From Phoronis australis (Eukaryota; Animalia; Phoronida), in the NCBI GenBank assembly GCA_002633005.1, contig NMRA01000231.1:24351-88350 (forward strand): a stretch of DNA of 64,000 bases, in the 5' to 3' direction. This document shows positions 27,701 through 39,257 of the stretch, in pieces (the stretch's first letter is position 1; each line of letters starts with the position of its first letter). Under the pieces are notes generated by a model. That model saw only the letters and a program-made list of their open reading frames with translations. It had not been told where the DNA came from and did not search any database. The translations under genes and the position numbers were made by a program.

Positions 27701-28306
27701 AAGTTATTTTAATGAAAACTCTTTCTTTTAAGCGAAGCAAAAATCTCAAATTTCTGGTTTCTTAATCAGCGGTTCTCACCATGCAGGATTAAACTTGAGC
27801 TTTGTGGAAGCTGCAGAATGCTGTCAGGTGCAATGTTCAGGCTGCAACGGAAGAATGTGACATTAATGACTCAAGATCTTACAGTTTGAGACCCTTGAAA
27901 GCACTTTATTGTCACAACGGACATAACAATCAATCAAAGATTGAACATGTTTTGACTCATATTTTTGAACATGGTGTGTGTAACCAAAGAGTAAGTTGAG
28001 AACGCTGGTAATTTTTCCAAGTAACTTCACATAGAGTACAATTTCTCCTCACAGGAAAGTTGTTTTACTGGCAGTGGGCAAGTTTATTGGTGCCTTAGGA
28101 ATTGCAGGCATGACCTGACAGCCCATGTAATTCATTGGGCTATTGTGTTAGCAGTAAGGAAATTTTTTCTGTCTTTCGTTAACTGGAGAACAATGAATTT
28201 TACTACGGTCCTCAGTTTCTCATGTCTCAAGTGATGTAATGTTAACTAACGTGATCTCATTTCATTTTATTCAGAATCCAGTGATGTCACTGCAGATAAA
28301 GCGACT

Positions 28307-31300
28307 ATGGATATCTCGCAAGAGCAACGCCGTAAGATTATAGTGAAAATGTAAGTCATGCGGCAGACAAGTATATCCTTTTTTCTTGCTTGTAACAATC
28401 ACAGCTTACTGCAGAGAGAGATGTTGTCCTGTTTTGGCAACTTGTTCCAAAATGCAATGGCTTCCTTGTCACATAAGATGTTACATTGCACTTTGAAACA
28501 CTTGAAGGAATTTGTTTTCTCCCTGTTTCATTGGGCAAGGACTAACATCACTTACTTCAATTTTAAAATCTTAAATTGTAATTTCATTCTCTAGATAAAG
28601 AACGGGAGCTTCACTTTTGGTAAAATCTTACTAATTTGTGACACAATATGGCGGACAAGTGAAATTTTATTTCATCACATTTTTGTGAAACATAATTGAC
28701 ATTGTGTATTAAGTAATGTCACATTTTCCTTGTTCAACTTTTGTATAACAGCTGCTGTCAAAGCTTGCAGGCATTCACATTCAAAGTTTGAAGCCCTTGA
28801 AAAATGAAAAAGGAGGTTTCTGGCAATTATTTTCACCCGAAATTGGTGAGATTTTATGGAAATAAATTGGTCCTTGGCACTCAGATGGTAATCTACTTTG
28901 TAGTCCTCATGTGAAGTCACAAACTCGTAGTTTTTCTACCACAGAACACTCACCACGGTCAACTTGAAAGTTTCACGCAGCGCTACTGGCAAACCAGTCA
29001 GAAACTTCAAACTCTAATTAATTACTGGTGGCTATGAATTTTCCTGTTGAAGCAGTTAGTAGACTGTATAATCAATGCCACCATCAGGTTTAATTGAGAT
29101 TGCAGAGTAATGAATACAAAGGGTTCCACCCCAAAACATGAACCAAAACTGACAATGATTATGGTGGTGCTGATTGGGACTTTAAGTTTGACTTGAATGC
29201 AAGATGTTGAAATCCCAACTACACAGTGAGGCTTAAGGGTTGATGAGAGGATTTAATAATCTGTGCTATTACCTACCACAGACTCAATCATACAGGTGGT
29301 TGTGGTATGGACTTAAACCTGTTGCAATGTGAGAACTGGGCCAGTCATGTCTGTGTTCTGTAGAACAAGTTTCTTTTGAGAAAAGGAGGATCAAAGAAGA
29401 TCGTGCAAGTGTAAAGCGAGTATTTCGCAACCAAGCTTAGGACAATGCTCATGATCTATCAAAATGACCCTCACCAAATTGATTGGTTGGCGAGGTTGGA
29501 ATGTTGAATTGTGGGAGTGCGGTGTGAATAAAGTTTCTATTTCCATTCCACAAGTCACGATTTCTTGCCGCTTTTCACGAGTGTTTTGTGTGGTGGAATG
29601 CAGCTCTGATAGTGATCCTATTGACCCGTAGACGTTCATATGTGCATAAATTTTGTTTCAGGTTGTTGTCCATTCTTCAAAGACGCGACATTCAGTTGAT
29701 TCGAGACGCGCGAATTGATGAGGTTATTCCCTTAGTTGAGAAAATCGAGAATGAGATTTTCATGGAGGCAACAAGCTATGAGACCTACAAAAAATTGCTG
29801 GTGACAAGGATTAAATATCTAAGATCTCAGCTCAACGACTGTTTCTTAAAGAAACGCAAGACTAAAGTAGTTGGTGAGTTTTCTTTAATATTAGACACCA
29901 CCGGATATCGCTTTCAATTTACATTTTTCTAAATCACTCTCTTGTACCCAACCAAAGAGATGATCATGCTCAGAACAAAGCGATGAAGAATTTGTTCAAA
30001 TTTCAGATTATTCAATGAATTCATAGTTTAATAAGATATGAAATTTCTATGCACCTACTTGCACATAGCAGACGCACACATGCATATAATATAATTTAGT
30101 AACAGCCATTCATTGACATGAACTTGGTTGAAAACACGATTATACTTTCTGTTGAGCAGCTTGATTTACACTTGCTCATACTCTCTGTTCAATTTCCAGT
30201 CTTTCTGTGTGCAGTTGTAAAGCATATTGCACGCACGCATTATATACATGGTCCGCGTGTATGTGAGTGCATTGTTCGCTGTTGTATCTTCAAAACCCCT
30301 GATGTTTTTAAATAATGTTTTTCTATTAAAAATTGTGGATGGGATGTCATGAGTAAGTTTTGGGATGGATGAAATTATGGGCATGCCCCCTTATTGGCAA
30401 TTTCAGTTTTTATTTTTTTACTCTGTTTGACAGAAGTTCCTTGGCAGGCTCATGAACTTTGGCAAGTCAGGATCTGTCAAGTAGATGATGTTACCTTCTT
30501 CCGACCGTTTTTATTGTTTGTGGGTTTTTGGACATCCACCTACCTATGTATCAGCTAAACTTATGAATATTTTATGTGCTCAAAGTAAGACTAATAATTA
30601 TTTTTGGACAGCTCTAAAGACTGCCTCCTAGTGGCAGTTTTGTTTCTGCGTCCGTGGCTGTATGTTATGAACCCCTTGCAGGAAGTATTCCTTAATGGGG
30701 TTTCATGAAACATGGCAAATAAGTTTCTATTCAAAAGATGATTAAACACCTTCCCATTTTCACATGGATTTGTTATATGGTACACCACCCAATGGCCTTT
30801 TTTATTTTTAGTCTGGTTTTGGCATCTGATTCTTTATCAGTCTTAACAATTTACGCTTGCCTCTGTGTCTTTGGAGTTCCTCAAGGGATTACCATGCAAT
30901 TTAGCAAATTATGCCACATTGGGTTTCTATTGAGGATGGGATTTTGACTTTCCATTCTTGGAATGATTCATCATGATTTGCATTATGTAGCGGCCATTTG
31001 TATTTTCAATTATGCTTTTGGCATTCCCATCCGTGGCTTTCGATCCGCTTAATGGATCATTATGAAAATTAGCGTATGTTCCTACTGAATCGATGATTTT
31101 TCTGACTGGTGTGGCACCCTCTTGTGGTAATTTCATTTTTTCGCCTTTGATTCAATACAAGTTCCTTGATAGATCTTCGTAAAATTTGGTGTGTGTTGTC
31201 ATTGTAGAGAGCACCAATGGTGTGTAAATTGGTGAATAGTCAGTCTACTACACAGTTGCCTTGTGACATTTTCTTGTTTACAAGCTGATGTTCCTTGATG

Positions 31301-34300
31301 AATGTTCTTGAAAGTTGGCAAATAAGCTTCTAGTACTGCCACTTAGTAGGAATGATGAAAATAATGATTATCTCTTGTATCTGCGCTGTATTTGATTCTG
31401 ACCATGACCGTATGTCAACGCTCTGCATTGCTCTTGTTATGAATGCTTGTTATTTATGCTAAAGTTGGTGGCAAATTGTACAAATAGTCATACTTGAGAA
31501 TTTGACTTGTTGATGGTGATTTGTTAATTACATTTGTAACATCTTTTTCCGTTGATGCCCAAACGTATCAGCTGGACTAAGTTTGTGACCGATATATCCA
31601 CACCCATCTGGGAGCATGATGCCATATGCTTACATGATGTCATATGCTTACATGGTGTCATATGCTTGCATGATGTCATATGCTTACATGATGTCATATG
31701 CTTACATGATGTCATATGCTTACATGATGTCATATGCTTACATGATGTCATATGCTTACATGATGTCATATGCTTACATGATGTCATATGCTTACATGAT
31801 GTCATATGCTTACATGATGTCATCTGTTAGTAATACAGAAATTACACTTTGCAGAAACAAAAGAGCAGTTCAGCAAAGAGAGAAGTACGGACGCTGACCT
31901 AGAAAAACTAATCACGGATGTGCAGTCTGTCAAGCTGACAGATTCGGACACCAAAGAGGTACCCGTTATTTTATCTGAGGAGGACGCAGACGAGAGAAGT
32001 CATGCCCTGGTTGGAAGAGGTCCTGACGGCATCCCTGTCATGCGAAACAGTTGCTATTCCAGCAATAGCATATACCTACCTGCAGAGTTCGAGCGCCCTA
32101 ACAAAAATAAAAGATCAGCAGATTTTGAGAATTGCCAGCCCTCGGCGTTTATAAAGACATCGAACAAGGTGCCTGTTGAAGATGTTGACATATCCATGTT
32201 TGAGCCTGTGAATAATCTTAATGATCCATTCAAAGTTGACAACTTTGATATTGATCTTGATTTCCTTCTTGAACAACCAGAATCACCAGAGTCTCGTAAG
32301 ATCGTAGACGAATTGAGTGAAAAAGTTTGTGGGAGGAATCGTAATCTGTCAGCGATGAGTGCAAGTCCTGCCAGCTCGTTCGACTCCAGTGTGTCTTCAC
32401 CCCAAAGTACCAGTACAGAGTCAGAGTACTGGGACCCGCGTGGTTGGTCTGCCAGTTTCAGCCCCTTGTCTAGTGCTAGTGATGATATGGTGTTTCCTCA
32501 CACCTTGCAAAGTTCTGGCACTGCAATGTATGTTGGATCTCCAGCCAGTCCGTCCTCCGTGACCAGCACAACCAGTTCTTGCCCATCATCTGTCTACAAT
32601 GACGATCAGCGTTATAAAGATGTCCTTGCGATCTTGAGGGAAGAGGCCAGAGAAATTGATATGCGGAAATCCTTGACGCATCCGCTTAACCCACCTCCCA
32701 CCACTTTGTCGCCTCTATCAGGATTCCTTGTGTCTGCACCACAGCAGCAGCAGCAGCAGCAGCAGCAGCATCAGTTTCATGAGGATCAGCAGCAGCGCCA
32801 GTTGTTACAGCAGCAACAGCTGGTGCAGCAACAGCAAAAGCAACAGCTACTGCCGAAGCCGCAACCACAGCAGCAGCCATTTCGGCAGCAGCCAACTCAG
32901 CCAATATGTGTTTTGCCTGTCTACACAGCTATTGCTACCAGTCCGGTCGTGACAATATCACTGACACAGCAGAAGCAAACCAAGTCAACTCAGAGACCAA
33001 TTCTACCAAAGCCATCAAGTCCAGCCACAACCACTACTACTAAAGGTGCTCAGTTGCCTAAGAACATCCAAGGTGAGCGCAGTTCATATGCAAACCTTTC
33101 ATGCTATCATATGATGACAGTGTTGGAGACCACTGCATAGATCGATCTTGAGGGTGATATCAGCTATTAGACATGAACTTAGGGAGAGCAATGTCGGCAT
33201 AGTCTGAGGGCAATGTCACTCTCTCACAGTCTATATGACCTGATACAGTCAAAGGATTGGTCCATGATAATATGTTTTATTACATGACCAATCATCCTCT
33301 TTTCGTCTCATTTTTTGTCTCATTTTGGGGCTCAACGTAACGAGCTATGAAACGCATTTGTGATCTGAAATCATGAAATGTGAACTGAGATTTTGGTCTA
33401 ATCACATTAATTTTTGTTGACTTGAGACTTGTGGATCATTCCCATTTTCTTTGGCATACTCTTTTGAATTACCTCACAGTCTGTGCCAATGTGACTTACA
33501 TGTGACATTACAAGGCTTGATTTAAAAATTTGTGTATACCTTTCTGGCAATGCTTGTCCCTGTCCACATTGATGTTTTACGACCAGTGAAGTATGCCATA
33601 CAATGAACACTGGACTTGTAACTCCTTTTGCTGTGATGTGATCATTCAAGCAACTGGAATCCTTGATTCAATTTCAGACTTCATTAGACAAGGTAGACCA
33701 AGATCATGAGGTGGAACATAATTTAAACAGTAAATGATTTCTTTCATTACTCATAATGGTTATTGTCTGATGGAAGCCTTTCTGTGCAAGTCAGTTGACT
33801 TTACTTCATTGTCTATTAAAAAAAGGATAATGCTATGGATTCCTACGAAAGGTTCTGAACATTCATCCAACAAAAGCTATCGCTATTCAGTGACTCAGCT
33901 TATTTCAGTAAATGTCTGCTGTACTGTAATAAAATGGATATTTTAGCAGCTCATGTTGATATAATTTTACCAACAAAGGTCTCATCGCATTACACCCTTT
34001 AAGTCCTTGTATGTGATTTGTTTTATTTTCAGCACCAAGTCCAAAGCGAAGCTCTGCCATCACCACAAATGTTTCACCATCCAGCCAGTTGAAACAGACT
34101 TCCACCAAACCCTCCATTGACCATTATGCCATGGCCTGTCGCAAAGTTGCCCAGCTCGCAGTAGAACAGCTGACAACACAGGATAAAGATGGTGACACGT
34201 GAGTGTCAGGCAGATATTATTTGTGACTATCTTAAGCATAATTATTTAACTGGCAAACAGAGAAATTTTGAATTTTGGAATAACATCACAAAAACACAAC

Positions 34301-37300
34301 AGATTTGTTGTTTTATATCTCTATCCAAAGTTCAAGAAGACTACCCCATGCAACAAAAGTCCCGAAAGTCTGTTTTTAGCTTAAAAATGATGTTCCTTTA
34401 ACTGTAAGTGATTAAAACTTACGGAATGTTGTTTTGTGGCAGGTGTACTATACAAACAATGCTGACAGAAACTTTTTAAATTTTCTACTTTTTGCTTTTT
34501 GTTTTGAAATTTCAGAAAAATGAAATTCCATTTTTCTACCTGTCAACTTTAAATCCTGGTGAACTAGTAGTTCAAGGATGACACCAAACGTAGTCAGTTA
34601 TTTCCACCATGGTCTGATATGTACTGTAGTCAGTGTATTTGAATGAGATCAACAAGTGGTTGAACCCTTGTTTTCTGTAGGCCTCTGATGATCTGTGCCT
34701 GTCGAGGCGACCCAGCGACTGTCGAGGCTATATGTGAGCGAAGTCAACGGGAGCCCCACACAGAGATCATCAATCAAAAAAATAGAATGGATCAGACGGC
34801 CCTACTGTTGGCGGTGGCGGAAAACAACCCACCTATTGTGGAAATACTGGTCAAGTACAGAGCCAATGTCAACTTGGCTGGTAGAGTCAAGGTAGGCACT
34901 TGTTCTAACAGCCTCACCAATTGTGCTTGTGTTGTGACATCCAGACAGTTGTAGTGACTTGCCTAGTCTTTTAGTAAACGTATGTAACGCAAAGGCAGCA
35001 AAATGTTAAATCCATCACATTACCCACTGAATTCTGTCGTGTGCATCAAGTTGAAGTAACCCCAACTTATGTTATGGCTTATGTCGCCCCTGAGTGTGGT
35101 GATGTTCTCTCACCCAAAGAGATTATGGCAATAAAATTCTATTTTGCTAGTATTTTCATGTCACAAATTTTAGTGACTTCTCCACTAAAGTAAATCCATG
35201 GCAGGGCTTCCTCATCGTGCACAGTCACGTTTTACTTTACTGTAATTTTAAGTGCTTGCTTGACTCTAAGATTAATGCCAACTCGCATTTGGCGACTGTG
35301 AAATCTCAAGTCGTCATTGGTAACATCAAAATCACTGACTAAAAATGTTGCGCTGTGCTCCGTTCTCAGAAAATTGGACACACCGCTTCAATTTCTCCAT
35401 GTAAAATAATATGCACCATTCAGTCTAACTCAATTCTTTCTGCCAATGAAACGAAGAATGCAGACGATTGCATATACTGAAGGCGTGGTTTTCATGGTCC
35501 GATCTTGCCCAATAATTCCAACTTCATTCTTTTCACTTCCTGTTGTAAGCATATGTTTGATGTGTTTTGACTGCTGGATGTGGCAAATGCACTCTGATTT
35601 CATGAAATAAACTGAACGACTGTGAACTAGAGGTATTAAATTTAGGGAAACTGTTAAAAATTTTAAGTTTGGAAGTAACCACAAACTTATTTCATGAAAT
35701 AAACTGAACGACTGTGAACTAGAGGTATTAAATTTAGGGAAACTGTTAATAATTTTAAGTTTGGAAGTAACCACAAACTTTGAAACTGTTTTCAGGGGAA
35801 TTATTGTTTGACTTTGATACTCGCTGTGGTGACTCGTGGCCACTTCGAATTTTTTCCAGGCCACCAAACACAATCTGAAGTCTTTTTGGTGACCTGCAGG
35901 TCACCAAATTGAGCACTGAAATGTCTTGGAAGAAAAAAATGTTGGACACTGAGTGCCATTTGTCTGTTGGGGTGCTCGTTTATCAGTTTGTGATACTTAG
36001 AGTTGGCTAATTCTCTCAGACACTAAAGCTTCGCAGTCTGTTCTCCATACTTTGGTAGCAATCTTTGATAGTCTCAGATATTAGCGTAGACCAGAAATGT
36101 GATGTCTTGTGTGTTTTTTTATTAGGAGCGGGATGTGGAGGATAGACTTGCCCCCATTCACATTGCCTGTAAACATGGGGATGTCTCCCTAGCTGTGCTG
36201 CAGGCGTTACTTCAATCCCCTGATATCGACCTGCACATTCAGACACGCGAAGAGGGTGAGTACAGCAGTTTATTTTAAATAAACTAGAGAGGCTTCAACA
36301 GACTTTAACACACTTTGCCAAACTTGAACAAACTTCTTATCAAAATTATTTCATCACTTAACCACACTTTTTCACACTAAGATGGCATTTTTGTTGAACT
36401 TTAGTCAGAGTGTAATATTGGTGTTATTGCGCCACGCCAATAATTGTTTGCCACAGTCTAAATAGTATGTAACAGGACCATTTTTAGAAATTGAATGAAA
36501 GATTTTCTCTACATTGAGCCAGAATTGAAATAAGTTGTAGTCAAAAAGACATGGCCAGGATATTTGGCCGTATTTGCATTGAAACATCATTGAATTGCGA
36601 TGTTGTGTAGTTGATTTTCAAAGCTAATTGTAGAATACAGCAAATGTCTGTCGGTCAAGCGGTTGAGAACAAGACTGCCTCACTCTCTAGATAATAAAGG
36701 CACGTACCCCTGTCAGGGTCCACAGCACTTCTCATGCTTAACAATGTTTAAAATTATGCATTGACAAGTCTTCATGTACTTAACCAAACATCTACAAAGC
36801 TATAGAATTCAACTCCATAAAAGCGTGATTTTCCAAACATAAAGAGCCTGGGTGATTCTTGATTTTTTATCAATCTGTTAGGTCGAAATAAAGTGTCATT
36901 AAAAACAATATTGCTGGGACTACCACTAGACTTGTGCTGAGATCCAGCAGTAGGTACCGACACAAAGGCGGCCAGAAGAGTGAAACTCCGGAAATCAAAA
37001 TCAGATAGGCCTACACGTTAGCCACCAAACTGAAAAGTGTGTATCTTGGAACAAATATATTTGTGTTTACACTTCGAGTAATCAAGCAACATTGCCAAGT
37101 TCAGCTGTTCATATGGCCGTTCACACAGTTTGATCCATAGGAATAGGTTACACCTTTACCCATCACTTTTCGGCTTAGGAGATGCCCAAAAATGACGGGA
37201 TATTCTTCTCGAGCTGTATAACAGTTATCGGAATTACACACGCCATATCAACATCGTTTCAGTATTTTTATCGCACAATTTCCTGAGCTATAGTCTAAAA

Positions 37301-39257
37301 TATGTTTTACAGGACAACGTATTGTTTGTCGGGTAAAATGGCGTCTTCAAAACGCAGACGAAGGTGTGTCAAGAATTCTGTGTTCTGATTGGTCAGCTAA
37401 GTGCCAAAGGCATTTCCGCTCTGGAGTCACTCATGTTGCCCCATGATACGATCACCAATTTCACAAATGACTTTCTCAGCTCAGCTTTAATAACTGTAAT
37501 TGGCAATTTTTTTTCTTCAACAGGAATGACTGCTTTACATTTGGCTACCAAAATGCACGGTAACATCAATAACTGTGGGAAACGGATTGACAGCAAGTGT
37601 ATTGTGCAGGAGCTGATTAGGGCTGGAGCTAGGGCTGATTTCCCCGTAAGTCTTCTTCAGATGTGGCTACGAACCTCTACTGGGTAGAGAGTTATATTTC
37701 AAAAATAATAATTTCAAAAATTTTGATTCTAAACTGACATGTTATCTCATTGGTTTGTTTGTTTGGACACTCTTCGTTGATATAATTCTAAATGCAGTGG
37801 CATTTCAAGGGGAAATTTAGTAGGACACGATATCCTGTGCGACAATGCTATGTGTTTAAAAAATGATAAGACCTTTTCACATACTGTACGTCTTTAAATA
37901 TACCCGTACAACCTATTATGTAATCTGACTGGTGTTTAGCAGTACATCAGATTTGCCCGTCTGTACAGTTCTTTAACATTTCTCTTAATTAAAAGAAATC
38001 TGTTAGATCTTACATATTTGTTCTCCTTCATTTTTACCTCCATTTGCCCAACTCTCTGCCCGGTTCTAACTTCTGTTGTCGCCAGGTCTTGCCTTGTCAC
38101 AACTTTGCTCTGTTGATAGTTATCGCTAGTTGTTTAACAATGTTACAGGAAGAAAAGAGCGGCAAGACTCCTCTTCACTTGGCTGTGGAGTCGATGGACA
38201 ACGAACTAGTTAAGTGCATGGTCGATTCCATGCCTTGTGGTGTGGTGGAGGCCCTGAACAAGCCCATGTTTAATGGCAACACCTGCCTGCACATAGCAGC
38301 AGGTCTACAGAAGGGCAACGCATTGAGTCTGAACCAGCAAAAGAGCATCATAGATACTCTGCTGAGGAAAGGCGCTGTAAGAGATGTGCCGAATGCATTG
38401 CATCAGAGACCGTACAATTTTGCTTCACATCCCGATGTACGTGAGCTCATAATTTCTGCTTTGTTATTCATTAGAGTACTGTGTTTAGGCCTGTATGTTG
38501 TTATTCATTAGAGTACAGTGTTAAGGCCTGTTTGTTGTTATTCATAAGAGTACTGTGTTAAGGCCTGTTTGTTGTTATTCATAAGAGTACTGTGTTAAGG
38601 CCTGTTTGTTGTTATTCATAAGAGTACAATGTTAAGGCCTGCATGTTGTTAAGAATTATCAACGAGATTCCATATTGATGTTTGCTGATTGTTACAGTAT
38701 GTTAATGAAGCTTTTGCTGTTACTTCTAAAATGTGGATGTGAAAGCAAAATGTATCGTAAAACAGTTTTATTGAGCAACAAGTTTATAACCGTAGAAAAC
38801 AACAAGTGGGTTATTTTCGGACTTGATTTTTGCGACTTGTTGCAAAATTAAATTGAAACATTTGACATTCACCATTATGTGGATGTTTCAAGGCGAGGTC
38901 ATCAATAAACAGCTGGTTCTGTCTTCTATAGTGGCTCATTTTGAAACCTGCATTTCACTGTATGAAGAAAAATCCTCACCAGCATTAATTTCAACCAAGG
39001 TATCGAGTCCCATAGAAGCGCATAACCAGAGTTTTATCACTGTGATTGGCCAAGTCATTCAATGTCACCTCAATGTTTAATAGTGTCTTAACATTTCAAT
39101 GTTGATACTTACCATACTTTTAATATTATCATTTCAGATTGAGGCTTTGCTTAGAGGTAACCAATCACGGCCATTGCAAGGACAGCGGTTTCTTACCACA
39201 CCAAACACGCATTTTCATAGCTTTCTATCGGATGTACCTCTTTCGTCTAACATTTGA
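28307..39257 (+). CDS. Nuclear IkB-family (IkB-zeta/Bcl-3-like) ankyrin-repeat protein with N-terminal KIX-like domain, ~836 aa
   Basis: Exons 28307-28350, 29662-29873, 31855-33072, 34033-34198, 34681-34891, 36126-36255, 37524-37645, 38149-38436, 39138-39257. All GT-AG, phases join to 2511 nt. Ankyrin motifs QDKDGDTPLMI, NRMDQTALLLAV, LAPIHIACKHG, EGMTALHLA, EKSGKTPLHLAV, FNGNTCLHIAAGLQ and C-terminal IEALLRG resemble IkB-zeta. The frame is open upstream to the acceptor at 28275, so the true start may be further 5'. Confidence 0.85.
31616..31823. repeat. 18-bp minisatellite (ATGATGTCATATGCTTAC) x ~11.5, intronic
   Basis: Directly visible; explains the repetitive spurious ORFs at 31524-31897. 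Confidence 0.95.
32742..32890 (+). repeat. CAG-rich coding repeat (polyQ tract)
   Basis: (CAG)9 run plus Q-rich segment inside the large coding exon. Confidence 0.85.
35597..35780. repeat. 92-bp tandem duplication, intronic
   Basis: TTTCATGAAATAAACTGAACGACTGTG...CCACAAACTT occurs twice, nearly identical. Confidence 0.9.
38461..38650. repeat. 37-bp minisatellite x ~5, intronic
   Basis: TTGTTATTCATWAGAGTACWGTGTTAAGGCCTGTWTG units. Confidence 0.9.

Noticed and set aside
31524-31897. Repetitive ORFs (MTSCKH)n, (LHDVIC)n, (MMSYAY)n; CRISPR-like periodicity
   Set aside because: Translations of an intronic 18-bp minisatellite; no spacers, and the context is eukaryotic.
32378-32400. DSSVSS as an IKK/beta-TrCP degron
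   Set aside because: Lacks the Gly of DSGxxS and lies in a generally Ser-rich tract; its absence fits a nuclear IkB.
31855-33072. OCA motif (GVRVK..VKELL) of vertebrate IkB-zeta
   Set aside because: Searched by eye and not found, so strict NFKBIZ orthology is not claimed.
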